Shown here piece by piece: positions 1 to 13,600 of a DNA stretch of 64,000 nt. Within the stretch, counting starts at the first letter, position 1. Each line of letters begins with the position of its first letter. Source of the stretch: Lingula anatina (taxonomy: Eukaryota; Animalia; Brachiopoda); NCBI GenBank assembly GCA_051362555.1, contig CM120642.1, positions 30,442,001-30,506,000 of the forward strand, given 5' to 3'. Below the pieces are notes generated by a model. That model had not been told where the DNA came from and searched no databases. It saw only the letters and a program-made list of their open reading frames with translations. Position numbers and translations under genes: made by a program.

Positions 1-388
1 AAAGACAATGTACTGTCCTTTATGTAAAATGCTGTACATTTGGGCAGTGATATTGACATTAAAATACCACCTTTAAACTTATATGTATAAACCATTTGCA
101 ACACGTTCAAAACTTGATCTCTACCTATAGATTGCCACCAACTTACTTGAAATATGATCTCATATTCTTGCATACTGCATTACCTCAACCATGCATATAC
201 TGTTCGCAGAACTTTCAAAACTTGATCTCGACTTATGAATTGCCAGAAAAATTTTTGATCAAATAAGAAAAATTTACGAAGACGAATCAGTAGCATCTTT
301 ATGTAAATTCATGGACATCTCATGTTATATAGTAGGTAGTGAGGCTGATATATCCTAAATATGTTCTTTTCACAAAATACATTTCTAG

Positions 389-914
389 GCTGGCAGCCAG
401 TCAGTCACCCTTAGCATTGGTGTATGCGTTCCAAGTGGGTGTAGTGAACACGACTTGAAGGCCTTACTTAACACACGTAGGTACAAGGAGTCGTTAACAT
501 GAAACAAACAGTACCAAGAGGTATCATACTTAGTACATTTATGCTCATTGCTTTTAAGGTGTCAATATATTTCACTCATCTTTTACCTAACAATTAAGCA
601 ACCGGGCATCGTGTAAATTGGGGATGTGAGTATTGACATGTTGGCCTGGCGAGCGTGACCATTGAAATGTTCCAACACTCCTTTTTCTAATGCGGTCGCT
701 AAGTGAGAAGAATGGGATTTGACTGCCCAAGAAAGTTTGTACTTCTTTGGACGAAGTGAGTGTAAGAAACACAGCATATTCTTCTGTTTCAGTGGTATCT
801 GTCCTACAAGTAAACTCCTCGGTGTATGTAAAAACTGAATTTGCGTGCGTCAAAGAAAACCGACCCTGGACCAATGGAGCAATCGCATCATTGTAAGAAC
901 CTTTTCATTTAGTC

Positions 915-949
<35 letters not shown>

Positions 950-3900
950 AATAGATTAAGGCTTATGTGTCTAGTATCTAATTTAAGATTCCATAAGAAT
1001 GATATGCAGTTTTCATATTCTCGGTTTAGATATGTGCACCGTTGTACACCTTTTCTTTAATCAAAATAATTTTCTTTCAGATGCTTCACAGGGATTATTG
1101 TGCTATGTGTAGTTATAGGCACCACATATGATATTATACACCAAAACAAGGACATCTTTCACAAACCACTGATTCCATATATCAGCGAAACAAAACCGGA
1201 CAGTAACGGTTCGGCGCCAACGGAGATCAACGAACGAACGCCGCTGGTCCATGGTCACAAGGAGGGTGGACATAGCAACGATAATGATGCCAGGGGCAAG
1301 TGTATAAGAAAATATTGATAACTGTACTATTGCTTTTGTAGCTTCAGTATGTATTTCTATGTGACTAAGCTGAACTGAATTGGTAATATCCATTGTTATA
1401 CCCGTTTTGTCTGTACTTACATATTTATACATAACTTTTTTCTTTCACTCACTGTCTCGTTCTCTTAAATGTTAAATATCCATGAAATTATTTATTTTTT
1501 ATGTATATCAATTAACAAATTGATTGATTTGTTGGTTGATTGTTTGTAGGCACAATGCACAAGATCCTTCTGGCGTTTTCTTTGTACACCAACGGTGCCA
1601 AAGTTCTGAATACCAAGCAAGGCAGTGGAGCTCTCACATGTATCAACGGAATACGGTTTTTGAGTCTCTCCTGGGTTATTTGGGGACACTCCTACGTTTT
1701 TGCAATGGGCGCAATTGGTAAGTTTATTAATGCATGTAGCTTTCTCAGATGTGCACTAGACTACTCGTGTCACGGTGTCTTGTAAGGATTACGTTTTGAA
1801 AGTATATGATTTTATGCGAGTAACACGGTGCGTATTTTCACCCAGATTAATCTTTTTTTTTCCAGAAAATATGCTTCCTTTTGCTCAGGACCTAATGAAA
1901 CGTTGGACGATGCAAGTGTTGGTTAACGGTACCTTCTCTGTTGATTCGTTCTTTTTGCTCAGGTAAGTAACACTGATACATCCGTGCAGACAGTTATCTG
2001 TGCATGCGTGCGCGTATGTGCGTAAAATGTACACGTGCATTTGATCATATGGCTGTATAACTAGCCGGAGCAGGGTACATAGACTCCAGGATCTAATTTT
2101 TGAATCTTGGTTTGAAAACTTTACGTTGCAAGTGAAATCCTAGCTGTATCTATTGCATATTACCGCTCGTGTTAGTCATATAAGCGCTTCTAAACGAAAT
2201 TGTACATGAAGTTTCACTAACATGAAAATTGTTGTTTCTCGGAGGCCGTTGAGCAGAGTAATCATGAAAGAATGTCTTCTTATACTGTTATGTCTTTTAC
2301 TTTGTTCACCTTCTTCGACTGCTACGTGTCTTCTACAAAATCTATTTCAGCGGTCTTCTAGTTACATATCTAACACTGAAAGAAATGAAAAAGGGAACTG
2401 GCAGATCCAGGATCAACTGGGGGCTATATTATTTCCACAGATTCTGGAGGTAAAATTATTAAATGACATTAAATTGCTTTAATGAAACTTATTGTCCCTG
2501 CACTTACTGGCAGGACAGAAAAATTTGTTTCATTTTATGGAACTTGTTTATTTCTAGAATGTCCTACAATGTAAGTTACTATATAGATACTAAGTTTCTG
2601 TCATGCACGGTAACTTATCGGAATTGTACTGTTTAGTCTGAGACAGTTACTTCACATTACTGTGAAAGCACCCTTCTTTACTTTGATTTATGGCCTTAAT
2701 GTGATCCCAGGTTAACGCCGCCATATATGCTAGTTATGATGGCGTATGTGCCAACGCTATATTACTGGACAAATGGACCCTTGTGGCCAAGAACTGTTGA
2801 TGGGTTTGACCCAGATTGTGATGAGGCTTGGTGGACACACCTTCTGTATTTGAACAATGTTGTTATGCCAGAAAAACTGATGGTAAGACAAATGGGATCA
2901 GCGTTGTTAAAAAAATATTACTTTCTTCAAGTCCTAAAAGGCCAGTTGCTGCATGGAGGCCTTAAAGTGACGGTGAATATCACTTCCTCCTTGGAAGTTG
3001 GAAAAATATTTTAATGGTTGGAAACACGTTAAAGAAAGCAAGTTAATTCCGCAAGGGCTTCTGTCTCGCTACTTTCGATCTTTTAAAGTTCTTGTTTGAT
3101 ATTACGAATCACGGCGGCAAAGCCCCCGAGTTTCCTATCAACATCTCGGCAATTCCATGCATGTATCTGATATATCCAATACCGATTCTATGGTAACCAA
3201 AAGTTACATTACTGCAAAAGAAGTTATTTTGCCATATGTACCAAGCGTCTGCTTGGCATAAATTACTAACTGGCATAAATTCAGGATTTCCAAATGTTCT
3301 GCACTTCCAGTGTATGCCGTGGTCCTGGTATCTAGCCAATGACATGCAGTTCTTTGTTATCAGTCCTCTTATTCTGTTTCCTCTGTTTTGGTAAGTAAGG
3401 GCACTGCACTGAAAGGGTCAGAAAAAAAGTAAAGTGGTTGTAGCTTTTAAAATTTGTTGGGAAGAACAGTTTATAATACATTATATGTAAAGATGAAAGA
3501 TAAAGACTGGATAATAGCCTGATGTACTCGATAAAAAAGGTAAAGATTATACAATTCACGCGGTCTTGCTGGATCGGTGTAAATCTGAATCATTCTTGGC
3601 TCCCAATAAGGAATTTAAATATGAAAAATAATCTACCTTTGTCCAAATACAAGGATACTAAGTATACTACAAGCTGTCATTTCAGGAATGAGCTAATTGG
3701 AATGGGCGTTTTGCTAGCAACATTGTTTGGTACTTTATTGACTACTGGGATACTTTCCAACGTTAATAAAATAGGCCCTGGAGTGCTGGGTGTGCCATTG
3801 TAAATATTTATTTATTTATTATTTATTTGCTTGTTTTTTTGTTTTATCTTTTAAAGTCAAATATAGTTGCTGCCAATGCCACACATTCGGTGTGACGTAA

Positions 3901-3951
3901 TAAACCACCGCTTGATATAATTTTCGCCTTGGTCAAAATAATTCTGCTTGA

Positions 3952-3990
<39 letters not shown>

Positions 3991-5598
3991 GTTTGATATG
4001 TTTTGTAATAGAATACTCTAAGCAGGATTCTTGATGACGACCAAATTGATAGGCAAAAGAGGTCTCCCTCTGGTTTTCTAGGACCGAGGATATAATCTAT
4101 TTCAAGCCGTGGACAAGAATAGGGCCTTATTTAATAGGGATGCTGGTTGGTTACATACTCTACGTTACTGACTGCAAACCCAAACTTAACAGGGTAGGTA
4201 TCTAACGTGATTGCTTCCATGTTATCAAAATATTTACTTTTTCAAAACAAAGAAAATAATGGAAGTTACAGTTATCCGCAAAAGGGAATATTTCCTTTTG
4301 TCATTTTTGTCAGCAGTTGTCATTTTGATCATTTGCGCTCAATAACTGATCATTGCTGCTTAAATAAGGTAAGTGCTTGAAATATTTACACATTCGTGTT
4401 TCTTTTAAACTATTAAGCAAAAACAGTGAAGCTTGCTTTTAACAGCTAGTAAATTTTGAGGTGGCAGATAAAGAACAAGAATTGATAGATTGTAGATTTA
4501 AATTTAATTTATTGACTTTAATAACGAGTAAAATTAATTATTTAAAATTTTTCAACAATTTACTAATAATTCTTGACCAATTTTCTTAACTATTTGTACA
4601 TTAAAAATTACACATAAAATCATTTTCAGTTAACGGCATCAATTGGCTGGGTGGTGGCTACGGCAACTGCCCTCGCACTGGTATACGGCCTTTATGACGT
4701 TTACCAAGGTCACCCGCTCAGTAACGATGTTAGCGCATTTTACAACGCAGTCTCAAGAACCGCTTGGGGTGCGTGTGTTGGTTGGGTTATATATGCATGC
4801 TGTACTGGATATGGAGGTAAGCTCACTGTTGCCATTTTTTATTTTTTCTATTACAGTTCCAAAAATTGCATTCTGAAAGTTCAAAAGCACTTTTATACCA
4901 ACGTTAAGTTTTTCACTTAAACTTACACATACAATTGTAAATATCTTTTAAAGCACTTAGGGCTACTATTAGTTTGCTTATTATGTCTATCCGTTATTAT
5001 GTCAAAATCTGTGGGGTTAGTGAAATACTTAATTTTGTCAAAATTTCCCTGTAGGGTTCGTGAACACATTAATGTCCTGGAAGGCGTTTGTACCTTTGAG
5101 TCGTCTGACATACTGTGCCTATCTCATCCATCCTATCATTATGTATGTGGTATATATGGGAAGAGAGACGCTCATACATGCCACAGATGTGACTATGGTA
5201 AGTTTTAGATTATTTGTTGTTGCTCGTCAGAAAGACCTCTCCAAATTTTCGAGGTCGAAGTGTAGATATCTTTATTTGAGTCTAAAAAACTTTAATTAAG
5301 TTATGAATTGATTGATATTACGTGAGGTTTATAAGTTCCCGGTAAGCCTTTTTTTAAAATCATCAAGATGTTGTACACTTTAAGAGATCATTTATAGATT
5401 TTACAAATTTTTAAGTTACAACTCCAATTGATTTGTTGATGGTATGTTTATGGTGAATATACATCTGCTTTACAGACATTCTTTTTCTTTGGAAACATGG
5501 TGGCGGCGCTTGCGTGTGCTTTCATCGTATCCTTGGTGTTTGAGGCTCCTATGATGGGACTTGAGAAAGCTATATTACAGCGGGGAAAATCGGCGTAG
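389..5598 (+). CDS. NRF-6/OACYL-like O-acyltransferase (Acyl_transf_3 + NRF domain), copy A, 5' partial (exons 3-15)
   Basis: Phase-consistent exons 389-476, 793-892, 1081-1295 (GC donor), 1550-1717, 1866-1962, 2351-2449, 2711-2882, 3311-3390, 3686-3799, 4082-4193, 4630-4816, 5055-5197, 5476-5598 (TAG). Family motifs: GIRFLSLSWVIWGH, SVDSFF, YFHRFWRLTPPY, WSWYLANDMQF, KPWTRIGPY, PLSRLTYCAYLIHP, FEAP. Confidence 0.9.
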
Positions 5599-6359
5599 CC
5601 CCCGGAATGACTGAAAAGAGCAGGAATGAAAGTACTCCAAGAAGTGTAACGAAACTGTAGGGATAGCTTCTTGGTAGTCGCATGTACTGGAATGTTCGAT
5701 TGTATTGTCAGAGCTTTGTGGAAATAATACTATTCTATTTCAATGACCGTCACCGAGGTTAAACAAGGACGCACCAGGTCATCAAAGAGAGAAGATATCA
5801 ATAAACGAATTAATTATCGTTTTTTCCCGTATGTATTTAATAAACAGTATTTTTTTATTGAATTCAAGGGGAAATATTTGAAATTTAGTTTCGAAATGTT
5901 GCCGACTATTTAGACATTTTGACCTTTGTTCGTGACTCCTGTTTCAATCAAAATCAAGTGATGAACCCCACAATTCAGAGTGTATTAGAAATCATTTGTT
6001 GTTCTAATCAGTCTGATGATTACAAAAATAACATGTCTTTAAGTCGCTTGTTAAACCTTTCTATAAAGTCTGATATAAGGTACATAATTGGTGAGTGTAC
6101 GGTATGTATTTAGAACCTTTCGCTAAGCTTTTAATTTTTTTTTTTTTTGCACTTAGTGGTTGCTTTTTGACAATCTAATAGCTGTTATGCTTCTACAGGG
6201 TGTAGCTGTATGCTTATGATATGCCTATTTATTTTATTAAAACACACTTTTTGAGTATACTTCATATTTTGATGCCTATTTTTATAATTCTTGGAGAACA
6301 TTATACTTGACCAGATAGACGAGTCTGTTAAAATACAGATTTCCTAAATCTACCGGTAT

Positions 6360-6380
6360 CTCTCTCTCTCTCTTCTTATT

Positions 6381-6422
<42 letters not shown>

Positions 6423-6426
6423 TATT

Positions 6427-6488
<62 letters not shown>
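6360..6488. repeat. Compound (CT)n/(CA)n microsatellite upstream of B
   Basis: Directly visible; much shorter at the paralogous site upstream of C. Confidence 0.95.
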
Positions 6489-6791
6489 GTACAAAGACTT
6501 GTATCGGTGCCAGGTTGTATGTCATAAGAACCTTCTCCTAGAACGCCTTTCATGTCATTCATCAGACCACAGAGTCTATAAGTGGACGCTTACGTGACTG
6601 TCTCGAACTTTGACCCCTAGTGTTTGCTTCTTCACATATATCACGTGGTTCGAATAATCTATGACGCCAACATATACAAATAATATCTCGCAGCATAAGA
6701 TGTACTTAAATGTTAAGGTAGCTTTGCGACCTAGTCATTTACCGACGCCTAGTTGATGTAGATGTTCATGTATATGTTACCTAAAGACGTG

Positions 6792-8275
6792 ATGTCGAGA
6801 TATAAGTGTGCCATCCTTCAGTGTGTTATTTTGGTCTTAATGATCGTCACGATAGCCAAGGCTCAGTGGGTTGAGACGCAAGACATTCCTTATAACGTTG
6901 GTCATGTTTTCAGTAAAATCAACCGCCTCAGATCTCAGTATCAAGAACCTCAAGAAGAATCTCAGCAGCAGATTCTTGTGAACTCTGTTCTTCACAATGG
7001 AAAATCCGTGGATCATACTACGGTGACGTCCTTATTAGAAGGCGTTAGACAGCTAGAGGCGGGGGCCCTGGACGTCAACGTCTCCGAGACTTGCTTTAAT
7101 AGAACTGTGCAATATCTCGAGGGACTGATGAATAGGCAATACTGGGCCATAAGAAGTGAGTACAAAGCGTTAATGACCGAAAGAAAGGGGGGGGGGGGGT
7201 AATAAGAGACGCTGGACGGCGCACTCGGCAATTTCCTTTTATTCAATCAAATTAATCAAAGTAGGTCTACACTTAAAGCTGTATGTGGCATTTCAATCAA
7301 CTGCTAATGCAGAGATTCGTCTAATAAACTAAGAATACTTTGTTTGAAAAGCCTACGTTTAAGTAATGTTAGCCCACATCATATATCATGTGGATAAGGA
7401 TCTTAAGTGCACGTCAGGTGGAATGAAGTCAGCTCTAATCAGCACTGGTCTTAATATATTTGTTTTTCGCGTCACCCATCCATTGACTTATTAATTGCTT
7501 AAATGAGGGTTAAATGAGGACTAACATAATACATTAACTCCCTCACTTAACCTAGCCTGTCAAGTGCCAAGTTTCGTGAACTAAGTTTACGGTTTAAGTA
7601 CAACCTAAAGGACCCATCATTATGGGTGTTAAAATGTAGGTACAAGCGGACATAAACGCGCCAGCAAGCAATTATTTTAAATTTAGTTTCGGTCTTTTAT
7701 TTATTTATTTTTTTAATATTAAAATAAAGGCATTTGTCTCTTAAACGACGTTCTCACAGGGTCTCGATAAATATGTGTGTGTGTGTGTTTGCGTGTGCGT
7801 GTATGTGAATATGGAAAACCATCTAAAATGTTTAGTCTGATTTTAAATATCTTCACCCGGATTTACAGATATAACTTTGACAAACTTTATCATGTGAAAA
7901 GAAGAAATGGTATAATGCTGAGGTTGCGCACATTGAAATCTGTCGAATATTCAACTTTTGCTCTTCTCGCTGGCTCCCAACCGTACAAGTGTAACGTGCT
8001 GTATGTAGAAAAATCAGATGAATATTAACTGGCGTTGTCGCATGGTCCAATGTTATGTTTGCAGTGATGTGTCACTGAGTGTGATTGTGAAATCCTAAGA
8101 TATTAGTTAAATATTAACCGATTCTATAACTCTGTAGACTGGAGATACGGTATACCGTATATTCGTCATCATGTGCCACTGAGTCTTTACTTCCACGGTG
8201 TGACTAGGACATGATAAGTAGTATTGGAAGACAAAGTCCAACGATGTATTTTTGTGATTTACAAGTCTTCTGCGT

Positions 8276-8326
<51 letters not shown>

Positions 8327-10596
8327 TTATTCCCGCATTTTTCTTACAAAGTCGGGGATCATGTTATCCCGTCTCTTCGTCTGTTCGTTCGTTAGTGATT
8401 TCCCCTCATATCTATGTATATATAAGCAGTGTCACAGATATTCAGGGGTTGGTGCTTCTGAGGTCGATGTTCTCTTAAATATGTGGGTGCGGGTATGTGC
8501 GCTGGCTACCCATTGTCAGCATCTCGTTTATCTATATTTGCGGCGTGTAAGGTTAAATAAAAAGCCAGATCGATTTATTTTCTTATTGATGACAAAAAAA
8601 AAAAAAAAAAAAAAAAAAATCATGAAAATAAAACCGTATGGGATCACGGCCTGGATACGTAAAACTGTCCAAGCCAAAGTTTACAGCAAAAATTCATAAC
8701 ACTTTGATTTGACTTACGTAAAATTCATCACAAAAAATTAAGAAAGATTCTGAATAGTAAGGTCATGTCACCCTTTTCGTGATTATCATGTTGTTTTATT
8801 ATTATTACGTTTATTTACATGTTGTCGAACAAACATATTAATCGAGCCGGAAAATAAAAACGAACGCCTTTCCATGATTCACGTGGAATGCAAATATTAA
8901 CAAATATGGCTTATCTTGACAAAAAACTACTTTAAATAGTTTGTAAAATAAAACTCAAACTCCTCCCAAATTTATCCCTGTTTTCAATACATTTTCTATG
9001 TTTCAGTGGCCGTTGGGTCCGTGTAAAGCATTTTTAAAAAAATTGGCAGATATAGTTAAATGTACGTCACTTAATTCTCAATTTTAGTGTTTGATGCCTC
9101 GGCCAAACTACCAAGGGGTGTGCTGGACGGGAATTTCAGATGGCTTGGTTCCTACAGCGAGTGTCTGGCCGTGGACGCCTATGTCCAGTACAATGTGACC
9201 AACCCTGACAACACCACCTGGACAGCGGATGACCAGTTTGGTGGACAGTACTGTACGGGCTACGTAGGGATACAACAGGTGGGGAACAGGAGATACCATC
9301 AAAGACGGAACGTTACTATAACGTTACCATAACGTTTATATATAACCAAAGAACGTTATGGCGAAGTTATGGTAACGCTATAAAACGTTCTGGGTAGATA
9401 TCGTGATATACGTGTACAGGACAAAGAGTGTCAGAGGTCACTGACAATTCACCCTTGAACTGTCACTGGGAAGAATAAAAACATATTGATGATTTAGAAG
9501 TGAGCTTCCAGGGACGGAGACGCAGGGTGGTTTAAGAACGAATTTCCTGACTTTTTGCATGTGGAGGAAGATCATGTATAAACTATTTGTTATACCTTGT
9601 TCTTCCGTTTCTTTAAACAGCATGCGTATTTTTCCGATAACGAACATGCGAGAACCCATCAAAGAATGTACAGGTAAATCTGGGTTCGTACTGGGAATTA
9701 AAAGTCGCCGGAAAAATAATGGATCCCTAATAGACCTCATTCTAAACCCATATATATTCTAAGATCGTAATAACTTGGTCACGCCTGTTGAATTCAGTGA
9801 GCACTTTTCTGCTTTGGTTTAATGCTAAATGTTCATATTTTAGCCCGGCCAACCACCCGCGACTCTTAGCATTGGTTTATGCGTTCCAACAGGATGCAGT
9901 AACCAAGACTTGAAACACTTACTGAACGCATGTAAGTAGCCTACACTATTCCTGATCCAGGAACTTGAAAATATATTTAATAAATAAACAATGCAGTGAT
10001 GAAAACATTGGGTTTATACTGTTATGACCTTTCAGTATGTAAAAATTATGTGGAGTTTTTTCTGCAGAACTCGGAATTAATTGATCTTAAATTGATCTTT
10101 ATAGTGCCATTGGTGGCATAGCGGGTGGGAGAGGGAGTTGCAATTAATATTGCACTTGCTAAAACTAGAATTAAAACAGTTTTGTGTGGAACCTATGTGA
10201 ACGCGGCTCACGACGTCCAGAAAGGATTAAATGACATATTCCATGCGACGTAGCCTCAGACTTAGTTAGGGAGGGATTCGAAAAACTGAAGTGTCTACTA
10301 GCTTTGAGCTAGGGAAGTTATTTCACTAGAATTTATTATATTATGTCTGCTTCCATTTTTAAGGTATGATACAATCCACATCCACGTTTTGATGCTAATT
10401 TTGAATTTAAGTGGCAATTCTTTAGATCGTAAAACCAGGAACAATGATTGAATGGGCATATTATTATTATTGTTATGATTGTTAATATCATTTCAGTTAT
10501 ATCTATCCTACGAATAAAATCTCCACTTTTGGAAAAGGCTGCTTTTGCCTGCAACAAACAAGACCGACCGATGAACAGCGGTGCAATTGCAGTTAT

Positions 10597-10650
<54 letters not shown>

Positions 10651-13600
10651 AGTGTATGCAGGGCCGTAGCCTGAGCAAAATGCCAGGGGGGGCAGTAAGC
10701 GGACACGAGGGGGCGAAGCTACCGAGGGGGGAGGGTGTGGTGTGTAAAATTCCAAATTCCAGGGGGGGCAGCTGCCCCCCCTGCCCCCCCGGAGGCTACG
10801 GCCCTGGTATGTGTGTGTTAACTGGAATCCCGGAGGTGGTCTCTTAAATGATTGTCTGAATGAAGGGAAATCAACACCACAATATTCTCATTCTCAGTCG
10901 AGACAATCTCATTTCTTCTAAACTAAAATGCTTTTCCTACAGATGCATCGCAGGGTTAGTTGTGCTATGTGTACTTATTGGAACCATATATGACATCGTA
11001 CACCAGAACATGGGTTTTAATCACAAACCATTGATTCCCTACGCCAGTGAGACAAAATTCACCAGTAACGGTGCTGCCTCCATGGGTGTTGATGAACACA
11101 CACCACTAATACATTCTCAGAAAACTGTGGGTTATTCGAATTCCGAAAATAATGGCGCAAATGGTAAGTGTGGGTTATGATGTAGAAATTTTTTAAAATT
11201 TGAATCATTTTATTTTCTTATTAATAAGTCTTTCACTCTCTCACACACCCACTCATTCGTGTTCCCTCACTCAATTTTTTTACTCACTTACTCACCAGTG
11301 TGTTTTCCTGTCGTTAATTTAATCCATTCACTTACTCATTTACTTTTTATACCTTTTTTTCAGGCATTATGCATAAAGTCCTTGTAGCTTTTTCTGTATA
11401 CACAAACGGTGCCAAAGTTCTGAACACCAAGCAAGCCAGTGGGGCTCTCACTTGTGTCAATGGAATACGGTTTCTGAGTCTCTCCTGGGTTATTTGGGGA
11501 CACACCTACGTTTTTGCAATGACTACGATTGGTAAGTTTATTTATTTATTAAGTTTTGTTTTTTTTGTAGCAACCGTGACTGGTAATTTAGTTAATGTGT
11601 TAACTATATATTCCTTATCTAAAAATATTAAGTATGTTGCAGTCACTGGATGCATCGTAAATTTGATGATAATCTCGACATTATCTGTCATGTAGTTGTA
11701 CACTCTGTGGGCGTTATATTTTCTATGTCTCCTCCATCCCAGTGTACCACAAACTTTCATAGAGACCATTCCCACAGATTTTTGGATCGATCTATCTCTC
11801 TGAGGAGTCTCACTAAATTACGATCAACTTAACCGGCTTTAATGTCTGTCACGCCTAGTAAGGGAGTTAGGTCGATCCAGATGGATCGATCTAAGTATGG
11901 GAACCCAGTCATAGTCTTATTCACAAGAAAATAGCAACAAAGAGTATTTATTGTTTAAGATTTGGCCAAACAAGGCCGCTTTTGTGATACAAGCCCACTT
12001 CCTAGTCATTTTAACAATGTAACAAAATGTTGCCTATATTAAATGTTATGGCCTTAGGGATAAAAAGACATATTAAATATTCAATAAGACTCATCATCCT
12101 AAAATTATGACGTAACGAGTCAGCAAAAATTAATCTTTACAGACAATTTTCCACAGATTTCGTTTGTGTGGTTGCATAGAGTTTACACAGTTACTAGTAT
12201 TGTCAATAAAGGTCTCCTGTTTTTATCTTTCAGATAATATATCCTCTGTAACTCAGGATTTAATGAAACGGTGGACGATGCAAGTCTTAATTAGCGGTCC
12301 CTTTTCCGTGGATTCTTTCTTTGTTCTGAGGTAAGCAATACTATTACAATTGTGCGGCACATGAAAGCTACACTCAAGTGTGTTAGTACGCTGAACCTCA
12401 ACAAGTTAATTCTTATAAGGTTTTATACGTCTCAGATACATATTTGATCTCTTTAAACAAGTCAAAGCGACCATGATAAAACAAAATTGCTAAGACAGAC
12501 CTGTAACAGCTAATTTGGCTGAAATATTTTCCCCAATCACGAGAAGCTTAAGCTTTGTATACCGTAGAGAAAAATTGCGCGATATAATCTGTCTTGCGAA
12601 AAATTAAAACTCATCTATTAGCATAAACATGGAAGTCTGCTTCTAAGGTATAATTGACTCTTTAAGGGGTGTGGTACCTTGTAAGATGCCATACATATGT
12701 TATATATATATATACCAAGTAGGTAGTTATATCAAGATGGGCTAATGTAACCATACTTCATTAATCAAAGATTCACTTTTTATTTTATACGTGTATGGGA
12801 AGAAATAATTTGGAATGGTTGGTTGTCCACTTTTTACCCTCTATGTACTCAATTACTTCGTTGTACTCAAGAACCGTCTATTTCAGCGGTCTTCTTGTCA
12901 CATATCTTACCATGAGAGAGATGAAGAAGGGGAGTGGCAGATTCAGGATCAACTGGGGGCTTTATTATTTCCACAGATTCTGGAGGTAGGTGCAGTTGAA
13001 TAAAAGATTTTCTAAAATTATAAGTGGGTTATATCTATGATTCAATATAAAAGAAAAATATAAGTTCCTCCGATGGTTTCATCCGGGACAAGATCCGATG
13101 TGTACCAGGACCCTACGTATGTACCATGATCCTGTGTACCAGGACCTTACTTATGTACCGTGGTTCTGTGTGCCATGATATAACTGTGTACCATGATTCT
13201 ACATGGTCCTGTGTGGCATGATTCTACATGGTTCTGTGTGCCATGATTCAAATTTGTACCATGGTCCTGTGTGCCATGATTTCACATTTGTACCACGGTC
13301 CTGTGTGCCATGATTTCACATTTGTACCATGGTCCTGTGTACCATGATTTCATATTTGTACCATGGTTCTGTGTGCCATTAATTTAAATAAGTACCATGA
13401 CCCTGTAAACCATGTTTCTGCGTGTGTACAGTGACTAGGCCCCGTGTGCCATGACTTTCATTTTCTTTGTGTTTCCAGACTAACCCCGCCCTATATGTTG
13501 GTGCTGTTGGTTTATGTTCCCACTATATACTACTGGACAAACGGCCCCATGTGGGTCAGTACCGTTGATGGTTTCGACCCTTACTGTAGCGAAACTTGGT

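Noticed and set aside
8211-8699. 162-aa ORF with YLFI repeats and poly-Lys
   Set aside because: Translation of an (ATTT)n microsatellite, a repeat element and a poly(A) run inside intron 1; truncated in paralog C.
9308-9396. AACGTT-rich quasi-palindrome after exon 2 in B (and C)
   Set aside because: Probably a decayed foldback MITE remnant; too short and degenerate to support a feature call.
13095-13455. Regularly spaced GTACCATG repeats resembling a CRISPR array
   Set aside because: Spacers are not unique, units are degenerate tandem copies, the array is intronic in a eukaryotic gene, and no cas genes are present. It is a minisatellite.
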